A stretch of DNA of 63,196 bases, filler included, from Globobulimina sp. (Eukaryota), in NCBI GenBank assembly GCA_003354225.1. It is 42 parts of 42 records of this genome, joined end to end, with 100 filler letters (N's around TTAATTAATTAA, not from the genome) between each part and the next. Parts side by side here need not be neighbours in the genome. Positions count along the whole stretch, not along the records: positions 10,557 to 11,964 come from PIVH01017153.1; positions 12,065 to 13,472 come from PIVH01017154.1; positions 13,573 to 14,980 come from PIVH01017155.1; positions 15,081 to 16,488 come from PIVH01017156.1; positions 16,589 to 17,996 come from PIVH01017157.1; positions 18,097 to 19,503 come from PIVH01017158.1; positions 19,604 to 21,010 come from PIVH01017159.1; positions 21,111 to 22,517 come from PIVH01017160.1; 34 more parts are not named here. One strand, given 5' to 3'. The translations under genes and the position numbers were made by a program. The notes beneath the pieces are model-generated. The model was not told where the DNA came from. It saw only the letters and a program-made list of their open reading frames with translations, and searched no databases. Shown piece after piece: positions 11,747 through 25,631 of this stretch (the first letter of the stretch is position 1; every line of letters starts with the position of its first letter).

Positions 11747-12064
11747 ACATTGATGTTGTTGCAGTTCGTTGATGATATTACAGTTAATGGATTCTGTTTG
11801 TTTGGTTGTATGCGATGAGAATTGGAATAAAAGAGAGAATATTCGGTTTATTCAATTTATAACTTGCGATATAGTGATCATCGGTTATTGTGTCATGATC
11901 TTGGATTTATGGAATAGGCTAAAATGCATTGATATGTCTGCATTGAGAAGGATAAATGTTAGGANNNNNNNNNNNNNNNNNNNNNNNNNNNNNNNNNNNN
12001 NNNNNNNNTTAATTAATTAANNNNNNNNNNNNNNNNNNNNNNNNNNNNNNNNNNNNNNNNNNNN

Positions 12065-13180
12065 GACCAGACCCCATTATATACCTTTCATTATTTGTTT
12101 ATGCAACCTTTTTCCAATTATAATGTCCAACATTTTAGCAATTTATTTGAACGGATTGGTTGCAATTGTTTCCACAGACTCATTTTTTGTGGATTTAAAC
12201 TAAAATATATTGCTCAGACACACACACAATTTATCTATGCATTGGATCGTATGACATTGGACGACGACGCTGTTTCTGTTGCGGAAAAGCGGGAAAATGG
12301 GCGCTATGCTCCCAATCTTTTATTGTATCCGTTAATGATTGAATTTTATAATAAGTGGATGAATGAACAGGACATCAACATCGAGAGAGACGTAAAAATA
12401 TGGAAATGGAACACATTGAACACTTATCTTGCTCTGAATGCCAGTGATGAAACTTTAACGGATGTGGATAAATGGTTTTTTATTGGTTTTTATCAAAGGA
12501 ATTACCGCCGAACCTGGCTACAGTTGGAAACGCACATTTTACCACAATGCAATGCGAAATATAATGAGTATGGCATTTATTGCACTTCAGTCAATTTAGA
12601 GGGACATTTGCATCCAAGAGATGTGCTTATTGTGCATCGTTCCTTTGATATGTTGATAGGAATACACGGCGCCCACTTAACAGATGCAGTTTGGATGCAT
12701 GATCCTGACGCATCCGACACAAAACTCAAACGACTGAAGTATGTGATTGAATTGTTGCCTACAAATGGTCCTTCGTGGACTGCCAGTCTCCACACACCGA
12801 CTGCATTAGGTATTATATTCTGGCAATCCAAACTGAATCATGTTGGACTCAAATTACTGCCTCAATCCATCACTGAAAAAGATTGGAAGCGTGGTGAGAG
12901 TCGGTGGTATAAAAGTGATTTTGTTGTGGACTGGAATCGATTAAGCGATGTTATTCATTATTTGATAATTGACGAAGGCGGCTTTTGTGAGAAATATAAG
13001 TACAATGCGCGAGATATTAAACTGCCACTCTCATTTAAAGAGAAAGATTATAAATTTGCTATCTACAATGCATATTGCAACGGAGATTCGGAGCCATGGA
13101 ATTTTGTTACACCATACACCAAAGGGAGAGCTCTCAACAAATGCCAAACATGTTTGCCATTGATGTATGATACAGAATGA
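12065..13180 (+). CDS. Glycosyltransferase family 61-like protein (5' truncated)
   Basis: DMLIGIHGAHLTDAVWM matches the GT61 HGAxLT motif, followed by VIELLP; frame open from contig start. Confidence 0.7.
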   Translation, partial: DQTPLYTFHYLFMQPFSNYNVQHFSNLFERIGCNCFHRLIFCGFKLKYIAQTHTQFIYALDRMTLDDDAVSVAEKRENGRYAPNLLLYPLMIEFYNKWMNEQDINIERDVKIWKWNTLNTYLALNASDETLTDVDKWFFIGFYQRNYRRTWLQLETHILPQCNAKYNEYGIYCTSVNLEGHLHPRDVLIVHRSFDMLIGIHGAHLTDAVWMHDPDASDTKLKRLKYVIELLPTNGPSWTASLHTPTALGIIFWQSKLNHVGLKLLPQSITEKDWKRGESRWYKSDFVVDWNRLSDVIHYLIIDEGGFCEKYKYNARDIKLPLSFKEKDYKFAIYNAYCNGDSEPWNFVTPYTKGRALNKCQTCLPLMYDTE

Positions 13181-13869
13181 TTTTTTGATTGTTTGATTCC
13201 ATATTTAATTGTTTTGCTAAATACGCTTGCGTTAAAAGCCCGCAAATCTGACGCTGCAAAAAGTTTTTGTGATGAAACAAAAAACAAAAAAGATTATTCT
13301 GTGCAAAGACAACATGGCAAATTCAAATATTGTAGAATTATGCATTTTGTCCGATGCGACACTAAGTATGGGTCCATATATCAAACAAGGTATGTTTCTG
13401 TTCTGTGCTGACCCAATGACAAAACAATCACCACACAACGCATGTCACATAACAAAACAGTAAAGGAAGATANNNNNNNNNNNNNNNNNNNNNNNNNNNN
13501 NNNNNNNNNNNNNNNNTTAATTAATTAANNNNNNNNNNNNNNNNNNNNNNNNNNNNNNNNNNNNNNNNNNNNAAACATATTATTGTTTTGCATTCCAAAA
13601 CGCAATATTGGCATTTTATGGACTTGCAAAAAATTATAAATTCTCAAGCAAGATTTGCTATCTATGGCAATTCATTTAGGTTTTCCGTGCAAATCACATC
13701 ATCGGTTGTGGAGATTAACAACGTAATAAAAACAATTAAAAGACAACAACATCGAATGCAGATCAACGAAATTAATCATTATATTGAGCTAAAAAGTTAC
13801 CCATTATTTATATGTACAACAAACTGCTGAAACACACAAAACAAAATCATTATAGATTCGTTATCGGCG

Positions 13870-14451
13870 ATGGATGTATATGGAAGTGATAACCTAACAA
13901 ATTCGAGTGATATAGGTTGGGTTCCAATATCCGCAAACAGGTCAGAACCCGATGCCGATTCCGATTTTGTAAACGGAACAGTTGAAGAAGAACAGATAAT
14001 GCATTCTCCTGTAGCTGATGGTAGGGTACATGCTTTATTTAAACCTTTGGTACCGGCGCCAGGTCAGGATGTGGGCCATGCGGCGCAGAATAATATGATA
14101 GTTGGTACAGATGGTTTGAGTGAAATAGTTGGGGAATATCCTTCGGAAACTGTGACATTTAAATCATCGCAATCTGAATCAAGGAAATCCAACGGCATCA
14201 TATTGTTTGTTTGCGTAATTATAGTTATAGTGATTGCATTGTTGGTGGCTGCTGTTTGTTATCGACTAAATGCTAAAAGTGCTGATTTAGAGTTTACAAT
14301 AAAGCCACATATGGCTGAAATAGAAGGCGGACGATGTGATAACAAAATACTACATTCAATATCTGTTCATGGCCGCAGAATATTACAGGACAAACAATCC
14401 AATCCGACTCCTACAGATTCCGTTCAATGTGCGGTGGAAAGTGTTGGATGA
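13870..14451 (+). CDS. Single-pass membrane protein of unknown function
   Basis: 193-aa ORF with one strong TM segment. Confidence 0.5.
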   Translation: MDVYGSDNLTNSSDIGWVPISANRSEPDADSDFVNGTVEEEQIMHSPVADGRVHALFKPLVPAPGQDVGHAAQNNMIVGTDGLSEIVGEYPSETVTFKSSQSESRKSNGIILFVCVIIVIVIALLVAAVCYRLNAKSADLEFTIKPHMAEIEGGRCDNKILHSISVHGRRILQDKQSNPTPTDSVQCAVESVG

Positions 14452-15080
14452 TATACTATTGATAGCAACTTTGTTTTCATATTTTTTTTTGCTGATTTTT
14501 GCCATAATGGCAGCATCGTTCTTTTTGAAGGAAGAAGTCTAGCTAGTGGTTCCCCCCAAAAACACATAATAGAATTGAGAGCGAAGATACAAACCTATTA
14601 TGGACTGAAAAATGAGATCTAAATTTAATCACTCACAACACAAAAGCACGTTACTAATCACACACGGATTTATTAGACACATAATGATGTATGGATAACT
14701 AAACACAATTTCATAGACGTCAGAGAAAAAAAAAGGGATAAAGACATTGAAAAAAATTGTTTATGTTTGATGAAGACACAAAAAAAAGGAGAAATGAAAC
14801 AAAAATCGCAATCATATTGCTGTTATTATTCAAAAATATATATATATAGACCAGTGGTTGGGACGAAACACAACGAAGCTCCGACAACGACTTCAAAACC
14901 GACATTAAAAAGAATTTGATGCTCATTATGACGCGGACGGACATAAACTGGCAAGAAACGGGCACCAAATCCACGATTTTNNNNNNNNNNNNNNNNNNNN
15001 NNNNNNNNNNNNNNNNNNNNNNNNTTAATTAATTAANNNNNNNNNNNNNNNNNNNNNNNNNNNNNNNNNNNNNNNNNNNN

Positions 15081-15170
15081 AATACAAATTGTGTTAATCA
15101 CATTCATATTTTACGAATATTTAATTTAATTTTTTTGTATATTTATTTTTATTTAAATCCACTTTGTTGT
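15081..15170. repeat. 90-bp interspersed repeat, reverse complement of 22175-22264
   Basis: Near-identical sequence in two separate contigs. Confidence 0.85.
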
Positions 15171-18096
15171 CAACAAAAATTACAACCATTTGCCAAAATT
15201 ACCAAAAGTGAAAGAATAAATTAAGAATTATCATCACCAAAAGAGAAATAATTGCTAATTTGTGGATTACTGGCACTTTCCTTTGACTACTTTGCCATTG
15301 ACTTTATGTTCTGACTTAGAGTGTTTTTAACTTAAAGTTTTCTATCCTAACTACTTTCTAAATACACTTTCTATTCCTACAAACCATAAATATACTCGCA
15401 AGTCTCTACAATTGGGGGGTCAAGTGTTTCAAACTATTCACGACATAGAGTAGTATAGCGCAGTAAAAAAAGAGGAGCAGAAGGTATATACATTGATACA
15501 ATATATTTTGAATCAATTTTAGTGTAAGGTACCAGCACAAAACTAAAAATATGGTTTTCCAGATAAGTTAAGGAGTACCGTAAGTTAAACGAGTGGAGAC
15601 TAGCAGCGTAGTATAAGTCAGTCCTAGCACAAATAAACTAAAATTAAAATAAAAGGACAAATATAACCATAATATAAGTATAAAATAAAACACCGGTGAG
15701 AAATAACACAAAAAAAGGAAAATATACAAATTCAGATTGCAAACTTTGAAAATCAGATTGTAAATTTTTAGAATCCAGATTGAAAATTAATAAAACCTGG
15801 TCCAAACTGACAAAACCATAAAATACAAATCCAAATCCAGGAAATCTAACTTTTGAACTAAAATGAATAAAATGCACCATATACCATTCAATTTTATTAT
15901 ATTGGGAGTCGCGACCCATTGATATCATTGTACGAGTTGTGAGATGTAGTGGTTCCTTGGTCGTGGTCCACAAATAACGCAGAGTGCCCTTTGAGGCCTA
16001 TAATGAATTAAATATCAACATATGTGCAATAATGCTTGTTTGATTGGGTCAACATCAACAAGGCATGGATTGGCATAATGAAATTGACCTTGAGTCCACA
16101 TAAATTTGTACCAAATGCCATAAATCCGATACAAACTAAATAAAAACAACCAAACAAAAAATATAAAAGTATCAGGCATGACGACAACGACGAAAAGAAG
16201 GACAACACGCAACAGCAACAGAAATAGCAACAACACAAATAAAAATACCTCAGATTCTGAAGATGTGGATATGGAGATAACATACACGAAATTATTGTAT
16301 TTACAATCCACATTGAGTCCATTCACGAAACCATGGATTAGATCTGGTTTGGATGCCTTTCGCTGGATTTTGGAAATCCCGAGCATCCACAAGATATGTT
16401 AATGAAAGAAATCTTGCAATCGTTGCAGATCGGCAGTCGCGATCTATACTTCGATCGAGTGCAGAGTATTGGAGCTGAGCGCTTTGACNNNNNNNNNNNN
16501 NNNNNNNNNNNNNNNNNNNNNNNNNNNNNNNNTTAATTAATTAANNNNNNNNNNNNNNNNNNNNNNNNNNNNNNNNNNNNNNNNNNNNGATATTCAATTG
16601 GATTCGGAGTGTGTTTATTGCAGAGGTTGGAGATATTTGGCTGCTGATTAAAGCCATAGAACAGCTCTCGATATTGGGGTATCATGTTACCTCGTATGTA
16701 TTTATGGCTTTGTAATCGGATAAATGGTGCTGGAGGACATAAAATGGATGCTTAGGATTGAAGGTGGCGACTAATTGTTTGTGTTGCTTTTTAACAATAA
16801 TAGGACGTAGGATATTACAATTGTTTTCGTAGTTACAAAGTGCAAGGATAATCAGAAAAAAATGCAGCATTTCTGCGCAAATCATATCGTTTAACAAATT
16901 TGAAATAAAAAGCCTTGCAAAACAAGTCTAACAAATTGTCCTCATTCTCGTATATTCTGTTAAACAAATATCTGTTTTGCCATCAACCAATCTCACAAAC
17001 CAATCTATATTTTCCTAAACCAACATAAATTCTCTCTTTTTCCCTTGAGTGCCAGCCGAAATTACCGAATATGTACGTGTTAATATTTCAATCCAAATCC
17101 CATAATTTAATTCAATCAGGCAATTCCACGCAATTTAAACTAATTCTTCACAAAATAATCAACCTGTAAACATATCTTATTTATTCTTGTTAAACCAAAA
17201 GAATAGAAGCATGAAAATAAACATATCTTAACGCAGCCAAGCTGAAAAACTGAAATCACTTCAAATCAAGTAGCAACAACATGTCACATTGAGCCAATTT
17301 CCTCAAACGCTCTATAACAATGTGAATCCATAGAACCAATCATTTCCAACAAAACACAATCACTTTTACCCGCCAAATCCATCGGCATTTCCAGTTAATC
17401 CCTTGTCCGTTTTTTGAAATACTCAACAACGAAAAACAAAAGGAAGTATAGGTGATATGGCCAAAATTATTGATGAAACCCAATCTTATTTTGTGTCAAG
17501 AAACTGTAAAGCATATCATTTTTATGGATTGATTTTTTATGAAAAGCTTTACATATTGTAAAGAGAGGCAGCTGTGCAGTGACTGTGGAATGCATTAAAT
17601 ACAATGTAAAACATCAAGGTGTATCTCGAATATCGTACTGACTGACACCAAATCATATGATTACAACATAACCAAATCATATGATATCTTTGTAAAGTTA
17701 GAAGCGGTGCCAATTGTGAAGGAAATCGGCGCTCTGTATCCAAACCATAAACAAATCCAAAAATGCTGGCATTCCTTCCTCAAAGCTATGAAATTAAAAT
17801 CACACAAATTACAGCAAGAAAACACAGAGTCAAAGCATTAAAAGACAAAGCATTAAAAGACAAAGCATCGCACACACTGCGTCTATTTGGTTTGGCTTGG
17901 AAACGGGCCAAAGACGAGCGGTGTTTTGCTATTTTTACACAAGATCAAAGTGGAAAGGACTATGATTTGAATCTTGAATGTAAAACGGTTGAGGTTNNNN
18001 NNNNNNNNNNNNNNNNNNNNNNNNNNNNNNNNNNNNNNNNTTAATTAATTAANNNNNNNNNNNNNNNNNNNNNNNNNNNNNNNNNNNNNNNNNNNN

Positions 18097-19071
<975 letters not shown>

Positions 19072-19769
19072 TATTTATTCAAACTTATCACAATTTTCTA
19101 GATTGGATAGTGATTATTCATTATCATCGCTATCATCTTTATCAAATTCACCAAATATTTATAATGCTCGCTCTCATTCTCAACAAATGTGGAAACCGTC
19201 GTTTTCGTTTCATTTTACTGCGATTTCTGTGTTTCAACGTTTCTGTCAGAGAATTAAATATTTTTTCATCAAAAAACCACAAACTTTGCCATATTATAAG
19301 CCAATAATATCGAATAAAAATAAATCGAATTCAATACTTAGTTTTTTATCTCGCGATCGTGATTCTGATAAATTACTAAAACAAAATGGTATTTTGAATC
19401 AGATATGGAATACGTTTTCATTTTATTGGAACAGAATTTTATCTAAAAAACAGCCAAAACAACTTGATTGATTCTTTTTTTTTTTTTTTGTAATTTTTGC
19501 AAANNNNNNNNNNNNNNNNNNNNNNNNNNNNNNNNNNNNNNNNNNNNTTAATTAATTAANNNNNNNNNNNNNNNNNNNNNNNNNNNNNNNNNNNNNNNNN
19601 NNNTTAAAATGACTGCGAAAAAAGTCCAAGTTTTACGAATATTACAAAACAATATATAAGACATTGTTCAACAAAACACACTATACCCAATATTGTTTTG
19701 ATATGAAAAATGCACAAAATTGAAAAAATCAAAGTTTCCAGCATTAAAAATGCACAAAATAGGACAGTA

Positions 19770-20879
19770 TTAAAAATCAAAGTTTCCAGCAGCACCTTGA
19801 ACTTGGCGAGATTTTGCTTTCCATATTTGTTCAAAAGTAATATTCACTCCTTTCATTCTTTTAGCCATCGCCTCCACCTCTTTAGCAATGGCGGCTTGTT
19901 CCGGGATAATACCGCCGTGCACAAAATCTGTTTTCCTTGAATTACAATAATGGATTGATATACTTCTCCGATTCTCATTGCTTAAATTTGCACCAGATGC
20001 ATGGAGCAATAATGGATGAAAAAACACCGTATCCCCAGGCTCCATCTTCAAATGAACTCTTTTACTGAGCAACGCATTCATATCTGGATCACCTTTGCCT
20101 TGATCTAACTGTATGCCATGATATGCTTTGTTCACTGGGCCAATCCACTCAGTTTCTCTGGGATACGCATGCGGCAATAATTGGCCGCCAATACCAACCT
20201 CTCTATTCATTTTATGTGTGCCTGGGATGACCACTAAACAGCCATTGTTCCTATCGATTTGTTGTAGCGCAGTCCATGACGCTACAATATATTTGCTTGG
20301 TGCAAAGGGAAAGTACCACTGGTCCTGATGTAAGGGATGACGCGAGGATAAGGTGCCTGGATCTGATGGTTTGTTAATCGACATAAAATGCACAGCCCTG
20401 ATATCATTGCCAATAATCGACTCCAAATAAGGCACAATCCGTTTATGCACCGCATAGCTCCATAATACACGGTCATAGGCCCACATTTGAAGTTTGGTCA
20501 CCACACGTTCTGATTTGCGATCTTTTTTTTCTAAACCAACTAAGGATACATCTCGCATTATCACCATTGATGGTGCTCCATCCTTTGGATTTGCTACCAA
20601 TTCATCAAAACGATTGTAATATCGAGATACTTCCGAATCGTCTAAGAAATCGAGATATATTTAATAATATTAATTGTGCTGATATTATGCTAATGTTATA
20701 TCTTAACTTAATAGTTTTTTGATTACGATAAAACCGTTTTCCTCATAGAATTCGCGTTGTTCATTGGTCAACATTGCATTTGACATTGTATATTCAAATG
20801 AGTTGTTGGTGCATTTTGTGGATTCAATTGGAGACGCAGATGGTTGTAAATGGGAAATTATTTTAGCAACGCGGTTCAT
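19770..20879 (-). CDS. PHYH: Phytanoyl-CoA dioxygenase with N-terminal PTS2; intron 20707..20642
   Basis: HPLHQD, WTALQ...NGCLVVIPGTH, GDTVFFHPLLLHASG, RRSIS; N-terminus MNRVAKIISHL. Confidence 0.92.
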
Positions 20880-21274
20880 TCTGACAGCTTAAGATTAAAA
20901 ACTGCTTAAATAAGTGATTTTGTTCATGGCTTGCATTAAACGCTCCGACAACAAATAAATAGGAACAGAAACGTTGCTCATTCCAAATTTAAATCAACAT
21001 ACACAAACATNNNNNNNNNNNNNNNNNNNNNNNNNNNNNNNNNNNNNNNNNNNNTTAATTAATTAANNNNNNNNNNNNNNNNNNNNNNNNNNNNNNNNNN
21101 NNNNNNNNNNGAAACAGTAAAAGAAATTGCCTGACCAACTTGAAAAAGCATTTTGCGGAGCTGTATATATTATCCACATTGTGTTTCCGCACTTGTAAAA
21201 ACTGTTCCGCAAAATCACCACTTTGCACTTTGACCAGCAAAAACTCCGCAACTAAGTTCCGCAAAAATAGTGCC

Positions 21275-21400
21275 GCAAGATTCCTGTTCATATCTTAGAA
21301 AATTTGGCAAATAGCATGAAGAAAAGATGTGAGTTAGTTGCTGAAAAACCTGGAAGTCAGATATTTACATAAATGACACTCCAATTATTTTGAAACCAAC
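21275..21400 (+). mobile_element. Tc1/IS630-like transposase C-terminal remnant plus putative degenerate TIR
   Basis: KIPVHILENLANSMKKRCELVAEKPGSQIFT* resembles the Tc1 C-terminal SMxxRC motif; followed by TTATTTTGAAACCAACT. Confidence 0.6.
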
Positions 21401-21694
21401 TTTTTTTTGTATCAGAGATCTCAATGACTTAGATGTATTTTTTCGAAAGCTGAATATAGCAATTTTGTAGTGCAAAAGTATTTGTGGGATATGTTATCTA
21501 TGCAGGCATAGCGATCGAACGTTTTTTTTTATAGCGACTTTTTATTTTGAAACCAACTTTTTATTTTGAAACCAACTTTTTTTTGTATCAGAGATCTCAA
21601 TGACTTAGATTTATTTTTTCGAAGGCTGAATATAGCAATTTTGCAGTGCAAAAATATTTGTGGGATATGTTATCTATGCAGGCATAACGATCGA
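21385..21694 (+). repeat. About 134-bp diverged direct repeat (21385-21518 and 21561-21694)
   Basis: Aligned by eye with a few substitutions; the first 17-19 bp occur a third time at about 21542. Confidence 0.9.
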
Positions 21695-22359
21695 GATTAA
21701 GAGAAGGAATCCCGTCACGTATTAAGGCGGTGAGAATTGGATGCAATGCCGTCTGCATTTTTTTATATGACGGCATTTATTCTCTCATTTGTGTTCAAAT
21801 AATTAGTTCTGGGGATTTCGCCCGTTTGCGTTTCATTCCATTCCATTCCTCTCACCGTAGGATTCGAACCTACATCCAATAACGATAACATCTAGTTACT
21901 GCTTTCACATTGCGATCAACATCAAAATAAACTGCTTTAACAAAAATAAACTATCATCAAAATTTGTTAATTTATAATGATGACCATTTGTGTTGGCAGG
22001 TAAAAGGCCATCAAATTTATGTTCTTCCCCCAGAATTCAATTTATTTCCTGTTGTTTTACCACCAAAATAACACAAATGTAGTCATGTTTTTTTCTTTCT
22101 CGCGTCTTTGATGTGTGATAATATATTGATAATAACAATAAATTGCACCACTTAATGACCTGGACAAAATCTAAACAACAAAGTGGATTTAAATAAAAAT
22201 AAATATACTAAAAAATTAAATTAAATATTCGTAAAATATGAATGTGATTAACACAATTTGTATTAAAGAAAATAAGAATTGAATGTAAATAACAACTAAT
22301 TTCTTTACAAATGGTCCAGCGGTTGCCGCTGGTTCTATAGATACCTTAATCGATACCAA

Positions 22360-22517
22360 TGCAAAGGCTATACGGCGGTTTGCAAAGGAAACAACAGAAA
22401 AATGTGCATGAAATGAGAGTAAATGTTGTAGAAAAGTTGAGCAAGAATGAGGCAAGATTCCTGTTCATATCTTAGAAAATTTGGCAAATAGCATGAAGAA
22501 AAGATGTGAGTTAGTTG
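22360..22517 (+). pseudogene. Tc1-like transposase remnant with in-frame stops; last 66 bp identical to 21275-21340
   Basis: ...KVEQE*GKIPVHILENLANSMKKRCELV; TGA where Trp is expected. Confidence 0.55.
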
Positions 22518-22617
22518 NNNNNNNNNNNNNNNNNNNNNNNNNNNNNNNNNNNNNNNNNNNNTTAATTAATTAANNNNNNNNNNNNNNNNNNNNNNNNNNN
22601 NNNNNNNNNNNNNNNNN

Positions 22618-23100
22618 ATTTGGAAAAATGTCATAATATTGAAATATGTGCAAATAGGAATGACTGTAAATGGACAAAAAGACATTATCGAAATAGAGAG
22701 GATGAGAAAAATAATAATAATCATTTTTATCTTAACATATTTGATACCATTCATTTTTATATATTTCATTTAGAATCTTTAGGACTGAGAGTAATAATAA
22801 ATGAAAATGAAAAAAAAGAAGAAATGAATTATTTAAATTATAGCTGTGTTGATCAAGAAATTAATCAAAAATAAAAAAAAGAATAATGAAATATAAATAG
22901 ATTAAATAATGAAAATAATCAAAAATTTAATATTATTATCAATGTAAATGAAACAGAGAGAATAAATATGATATGTTGAAATGTATGATAATAGATTTAT
23001 TCTGTGATAATATATAGAAATAAAAATAAAACTTGTGTTTTGATAAGAGTGAAAATATAGTTTTGAAATTATTAGAAATGGATAAAGAGATAGATTTGAT
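22618..23100 (+). pseudogene. Degenerating copy of a hypothetical protein family
   Basis: C...C..TKRHYR...FDTIHFYIFHL reading frame that decays into very AT-rich, stop-laden sequence. Confidence 0.35.
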
Positions 23101-24124
23101 GATTCTGAAATAAAACTCATCCATTTTCATTACATGAATTTACAAAGACAGAAATAATAATTTTAAATGGTATGGAATTGTTGGAAGAGAGAATTATGGA
23201 ATAAAACCAAAATATTGATATGATTTATATAAAATATATAATAATGTGGTGGTACCAAACTGGGCCACATTGAAACAAACCGCAAATATCTCATAAATAC
23301 ATATAATCAGATTTTATATAATTTCTAGAAATATAGGTGAACGTGGGCAATTTGTGGTGCGGAGCGAGAAACGATAAAACGATATAAAAAGTTGATGTAT
23401 GAACACAAATTCGTTTTTGTTATGTTATGTGGCATTCTATTGTATTGATATTGATATTGATATTGTGAGTTGTGTGTGCTATTGTTGGACGTGTGAAACG
23501 TTTTAAATCCTGTTAAGATTTAAGAGTCACTAAAACTGTGAGCTAGCTAGCTATTTGCATGAAGTCGGAACTTCAATGGCAGGCCTAATAATTCTATCTC
23601 TATGCCATTCACATTCCATTAATTGAAGCATTTTGCAATGGATATTCGCTTAATTCGGCGCGGATCGACAGCTAGTTTAATATTATTATATTGTGTACAT
23701 AGTATATAGTGATTGGATCGGATCGGATCGCAAATATATTCATTCTCAAATATTGTAGCTAGCACATTCATGTTGTTCTAATTCAATTCAATTCAATTCA
23801 TTCAATTATAATAATTGCATAAAAATGTCATGCAAAATATTTCATTCAATCTTGAAAAATCATAGATCGAAAAATAATACATTCAGAGTGGCGATGTGCA
23901 CAATATTTTACAATGCACATAAAAGTGGCAACTCATTTTAGTTATGTATTCTGTATTAAAAATGCATTTCATTTCATTCATTTCCAATTGAAAATAAAAA
24001 TGCATCCATGAATATGAAATTAAANNNNNNNNNNNNNNNNNNNNNNNNNNNNNNNNNNNNNNNNNNNNTTAATTAATTAANNNNNNNNNNNNNNNNNNNN
24101 NNNNNNNNNNNNNNNNNNNNNNNN

Positions 24125-24749
24125 CAAATGACTCCATTGGCTTTGGCAAGCTCACATTTTCTTTTTTCCGCTCATTCTTTAATATATCGTATGAATAAAT
24201 AAAATCGCAACATTTCCCCATCCAATCATCGTGATGATAGCCACCAAATAATAGCATTCTATTTTGAGTCTCAATATATACCAATCCTGGATTTGACGTC
24301 GCGAATTCTTCAAAAGTATGCTTTATTTCATAGTGAGTAGCGCCTTCTTTCCATAATAAATGCTTATTACTCTCTTGTCCGCCAATGATATGGATTTCAT
24401 TATCTTTGATTATATGTGCTGCTCCAAACCCTATCGGAATATCAAGTGTCTGCTCTTCCCATTCTTCGGTGTGTAGGTTGAAGGTTAATATGTTGCCTGT
24501 AATTATAAAGAAATAGATTGTATGATTCAATATTTCTGTGAAAGATATTAATTCAGAAAGTTGCAATTCTGATGGTGTTTTTTTCCATTTATGATATTCG
24601 TTTTCGAAAATATTGTATTTCAACAGATAAGAGTCTTTTATTGCTGCGGGTGTGATTACAAATTCGTTAGCATTTAATTTCACAGGATTTGAAAAGCGGT
24701 GAATTGGGATTGGTTTTTGTATTGCCCATCTACCAAATGATGTTTCCAT
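24125..24749 (-). CDS. Kelch-type beta-propeller protein (3' truncated)
   Basis: IHIIGG and MLLFGG...IYSYD repeats. Confidence 0.7.
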
Positions 24750-24787
24750 GATTAATTCCACAAAACTTTACAACTTGGATTGGAACC

Positions 24788-25531
24788 ATGTCGTCAGGAG
24801 AAGACTTGTGGTCTTTTATTAAAAACTCCAAAGCAACAAAATCAGCATCATTCAAAGTATTACAAAAATTTATATTATCATTGAACAAAAAAGAACTAAA
24901 ACATTTGATTGAAACATATCTAAAATCAAAATTATCAAAACGTAAACATGATAAAACAGCTTCATACACAAAAACTACTACAAACCGATTATTAAACGCT
25001 AATAATGATACAACATTGAATGTAATCGATAAACAAATATTATCAAAATTAAATCGCAAATACGGAAATAAATATAATAAGAAAGTGGTTAAAAAAATTC
25101 AGCAAAACTGCGAAAGCAAACAAAATAAAAATTTATTATCAATTCACCCACAAGTTTTAGCATATTCGTTCCAATATTTGTCATACAAAGAATTGTGCAA
25201 AACGCAACATACTTGCGTATATTTCACTTATTTAAATAAACAATATCCAGCATTAACACATTACTATTTAAAATTTGATAAGACATTATTTTTAAATGTA
25301 GTAAAAAATAAAATTAATTTCAATTTTCTATCACATTATAAACACATTGATTTACGATATTCTGACGACACCAAAAGCAGACATTCACAATTATTTAAAC
25401 ATATTTTGAAAACGATAATTTCTCAAAGTATTTCAAATTTATGTACATTACAGCTGCAAATTCCATATAATGGCGCATACACTGATTATACATTGGTAAA
25501 TGCGCCTCCATTCAATTTGTTGTTGTATATT
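24788..25531 (+). CDS. F-box-like hypothetical protein (3' truncated)
   Basis: LLSIHPQVLAYSFQYLSYKELCKTQHTC resembles an F-box. Confidence 0.5.
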
Positions 25532-25631
25532 NNNNNNNNNNNNNNNNNNNNNNNNNNNNNNNNNNNNNNNNNNNNTTAATTAATTAANNNNNNNNNNNNN
25601 NNNNNNNNNNNNNNNNNNNNNNNNNNNNNNN

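Noticed and set aside
16589-17996. Gene in an alternative genetic code (minus-strand frame with scattered TGA/TAA)
   Set aside because: No recognisable motif, and other genes here end at TAA, TAG and TGA normally; more likely decayed or non-coding sequence
21850-21925. Functional tRNA gene
   Set aside because: Only the T-arm is convincing; the acceptor stem does not pair and the anticodon loop is atypical
23340-24024. Short tandem motifs (GCTA, GATCG, ATTCA, ATTGAT) as a structured element
   Set aside because: Two to four copies each, consistent with ordinary slippage microsatellites
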